A DNA stretch of 62,363 bases, counting the filler. It is 10 parts of 10 records of this genome, joined end to end, with 100 filler letters (N's around TTAATTAATTAA, not from the genome) between each part and the next. Parts side by side here need not be neighbours in the genome. Positions count along the whole stretch, not along the records: positions 56,791 to 62,363 come from SRR7504441_5913; 9 more parts are not named here. One strand, 5' to 3'. The notes below the pieces were generated by a model that did no database searches, had not been told where the DNA came from, and worked only from the letters and a program-made list of their open reading frames with translations. Made by a program: the position numbers and the translations under genes. Of this stretch, positions 59,901 through 62,363 are shown in pieces. Each line of letters opens with the position of its first letter. The first letter of the stretch is position 1.

Positions 59901-62321
59901 CTCGACTCGGGCCTTTATGATCTTCTGAAATGCATCAAACTTGTCTCTCTGTAAGCGTAGTACGACACAGCTTCCATACGGGAGCATCAAAGTCTCAAGA
60001 TCAGACCTCTGCTCTTCCGAGACAAATCTGATACATGCCTCTACACTTGCACAATGACGATTGCCAGCATCGAGATAGATCACTCTGCGGTCCGTGGTGT
60101 CAGCACTCGCGTCGCCCTCCTCGATTTTATCGAGAACTTCAAGTATTTGCTCTCTGCTCATCCGCCAGCAGTATCGCTCCAGATACATCACAGGGAAAGA
60201 GCTCGTCTTGTCGTTGACCTCGACTTCGGTTTTGATGGAAATAGTAAAGTAGCGTTTAGTTGCTTGGACTGTGCGCTCGCGCCGCGGATTGAATGTGGCC
60301 TGTTGAGTTCGATAGGTCGTGTGTTTCTCCTCAAACGTGCCTCTGTTGTCCACCAGAATCTGGCCCGGAGACAATACAACGCACTCTACAGTGGACATTG
60401 CATCGGCACCCGATCCGGCAACCGTGACGCCCGGCAATATGACAATTGGACTGACGGCATGCAGGTCAATTTTCATGGTCTTGGCTATCAGCGGGGTGGC
60501 TCTGAAGGCAACATAGTAAAGTCCAGTTGTCTGAGGCCCACTGAGTACTAGTTTGACATAACGTGATAGCGGCAAGGCGTCCATGTGCACGGACAACGTG
60601 GTTGGGCCGTCGGGAGCTACTTGAGTTGTAGGCAGAACCGTTTGGAAAGCCTCCGCGATCCATGGCGAAGCACAAGAGGCGAGCACTTGGACTTGGGGAG
60701 CAGGCAGTAGCGGGTCTGGCGCGGGGCAGAGCTCGACGCTCTCCAGCCGATAATTGTCGTCCAAGTCGAAGAGGATCTCCGTCTGGCCGTGCTTGAGCTC
60801 GTTCTTATAGTAGCTGAATGAGAAGATACCGTCGACCGAATCAGCATCCCATGAGGGGCTTCTGAACCAGCCTGGATCTGCTGCAAGACCTCTTTTAAAC
60901 TCAACATTTCGCGTGAGCTGCTCTGGGCCGAAACGGTTGGCTGCTGATGGGTCACGATTTATCGCCCGGGCTGGGATCTCAATCGTGGTCGGAGCCTTCT
61001 GCTCTTGCTGCGTGGGCTCTGGGATGGCTTTCTTCTTGCCTGTGCGCATATTTTGCTTCAGATACGTAAGCCCGCCCAGGATCTCCGTGTGTAGCAGAAT
61101 AAAGTGCAGCGGGACCAAGATTCTAAGCTCGAGCTTGGCATTGAAGGCCCGTTTCTCTTCCTCAGAGAGAAGCTGATTCTTAAACCGTTCGAGCAGTCCC
61201 CCGGCCTGGCTCCTGTGGCCCAGCTGGCTGTACAGCTGGTCCATATTTGTCAACACGAGTTGGACCAAGTCCTGCTGCATCGAGATTCGCCGCGAGAGCC
61301 CAACCACCCGCCGATGCTGGCCTGGGCTGCCCATCCTGACCATCAATGACTTGAATGTCAGCGTGAGCATCAATTTTTTTAGCTGCTCCAGCACCAACGA
61401 TAGCTCCACCGTTGGTCCGCACAGAGGGCAGCAGCACTCCGGGTCCCGTCCAGGCGCACTGCAGCCTTCCTCACGTTCATGGTCTCGACTTATTACGAGT
61501 GCTGGCCTCAGCTCGGTCGCCCTGTGCCAGAAAGAGCCATCGGTCGGCTGCTTGCCAACAATCACCGACAGGCCATAGACCTGGCAGCGCAGGCTGAGCG
61601 AGTGCAGTTCTAGTTTGGGACTGGCGCTGTCGGAATGATGATCCAAGCGAAGCTTGTCCAGTCGGACTACTGCAGAGCCCCGGAACGGGACCTCAGAGTC
61701 ATGGTCGGAGCAGCCCAGCCAGGCCACGCTCACTCCAGTCAGCTCGATACTCAGATGGGCGGCTGCTTCCCTCAAGTAGTCAACCACACTGGCTTTGATC
61801 GTACCGATCAAGCCTTGCGCACCCTCGGCCGGCGCCGGTTCCGGCTCTCCCTCGGCTGGCGCCGGCTCCTGCTTTGGCCTGGGGGTGCGGGGGTCTGCCT
61901 CCCGCTGACTGTAGCGCTCACCACTTATGGCCAGTCGGATCCCGTCGAGCTTCACTGTGCTCTGCTCCTCTTTGGCCAGATAGAGCATCAACTCCAGCCT
62001 GCCCACGTGCGCCAGCACCTCGTTCTCCTCCGACGGCCGAAGCAAGTCCAGCCCCGTCTTCCTGAGCAGCAGCTGACAGATTGGGTCGTTGAGGACCAGC
62101 TCCGAGGCCGTGATCCGGAGCCCGCCCTGCAGGTTCTCGACCCGGATCCCCTCGCCACCGGCCGGCTTCACCCACTTTTGGATCAGATGCGCCAGTTGCT
62201 GGTCCACAGACAACCTTGGGTCGTAGGCCGACGCCGTGCTCGCTGCGGCCAGACCGAGGTTTTTAACCGCCGCCAGCACATTGTCCCGGGCCCACTTTCC
62301 CCAGCCGTCCGACCGGCTCAT
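56909..62321 (-). CDS. VPS13/chorein-like bridge lipid-transfer protein fused to a polytopic membrane domain (~1760 aa, 3 introns)
   Basis: Chorein-N-like start; VPS13-type repeat KIDLHAVSPIVILP..VVLSPGQILVDN. In-frame GT-AG introns at 59087-59126, 58353-58398 and 57308-57354 join four track ORFs. About 8-9 hydrophobic helices lie near the C-terminus. Confidence 0.7.
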
Positions 62322-62363
62322 CCGCCCTCGCCCTGCCGGCTTGAGGTCTCCACCCCTCCGCCC

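Overview
This is eukaryotic nuclear DNA from a gene-dense, GC-rich, flagellated protist (it encodes radial spoke protein 3); the taxon cannot be assigned from sequence alone. The window is ten short contigs joined by artificial 100-nt spacers (44 N + TTAATTAATTAA + 44 N), so genes on either side of a spacer are not true neighbours. I spliced about 26 protein genes by hand. Introns are mostly ~35-60 nt, with degenerate GT or frequent GC donors, so the ORF track fragments many genes. Splicing reveals several unusual multidomain fusions: (1) a VPS13/chorein-type lipid-bridge protein fused to an ~8-9-TM domain; (2) a four-domain EEEE Ca2+ channel with N-terminal atypical EF-hand repeats and a probable C-terminal SAM domain; (3) an ABHD17-like thioesterase fused to TM and EF-hand domains; (4) a double glycosyltransferase with an MRH lectin domain; (5) a WWE plus microbial-type PARG protein; (6) a FYVE-PH-TBC-ankyrin protein. 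Other oddities are head-to-head start codons as close as 16 nt, a palindromic TTAATTAA motif after stop codons, a highly divergent CRM1 homologue and an internally deleted RSP3. No rRNA, tRNA, CRISPR array or transposon was recognised. All domain calls are by-eye motif recognition; no searches were run.
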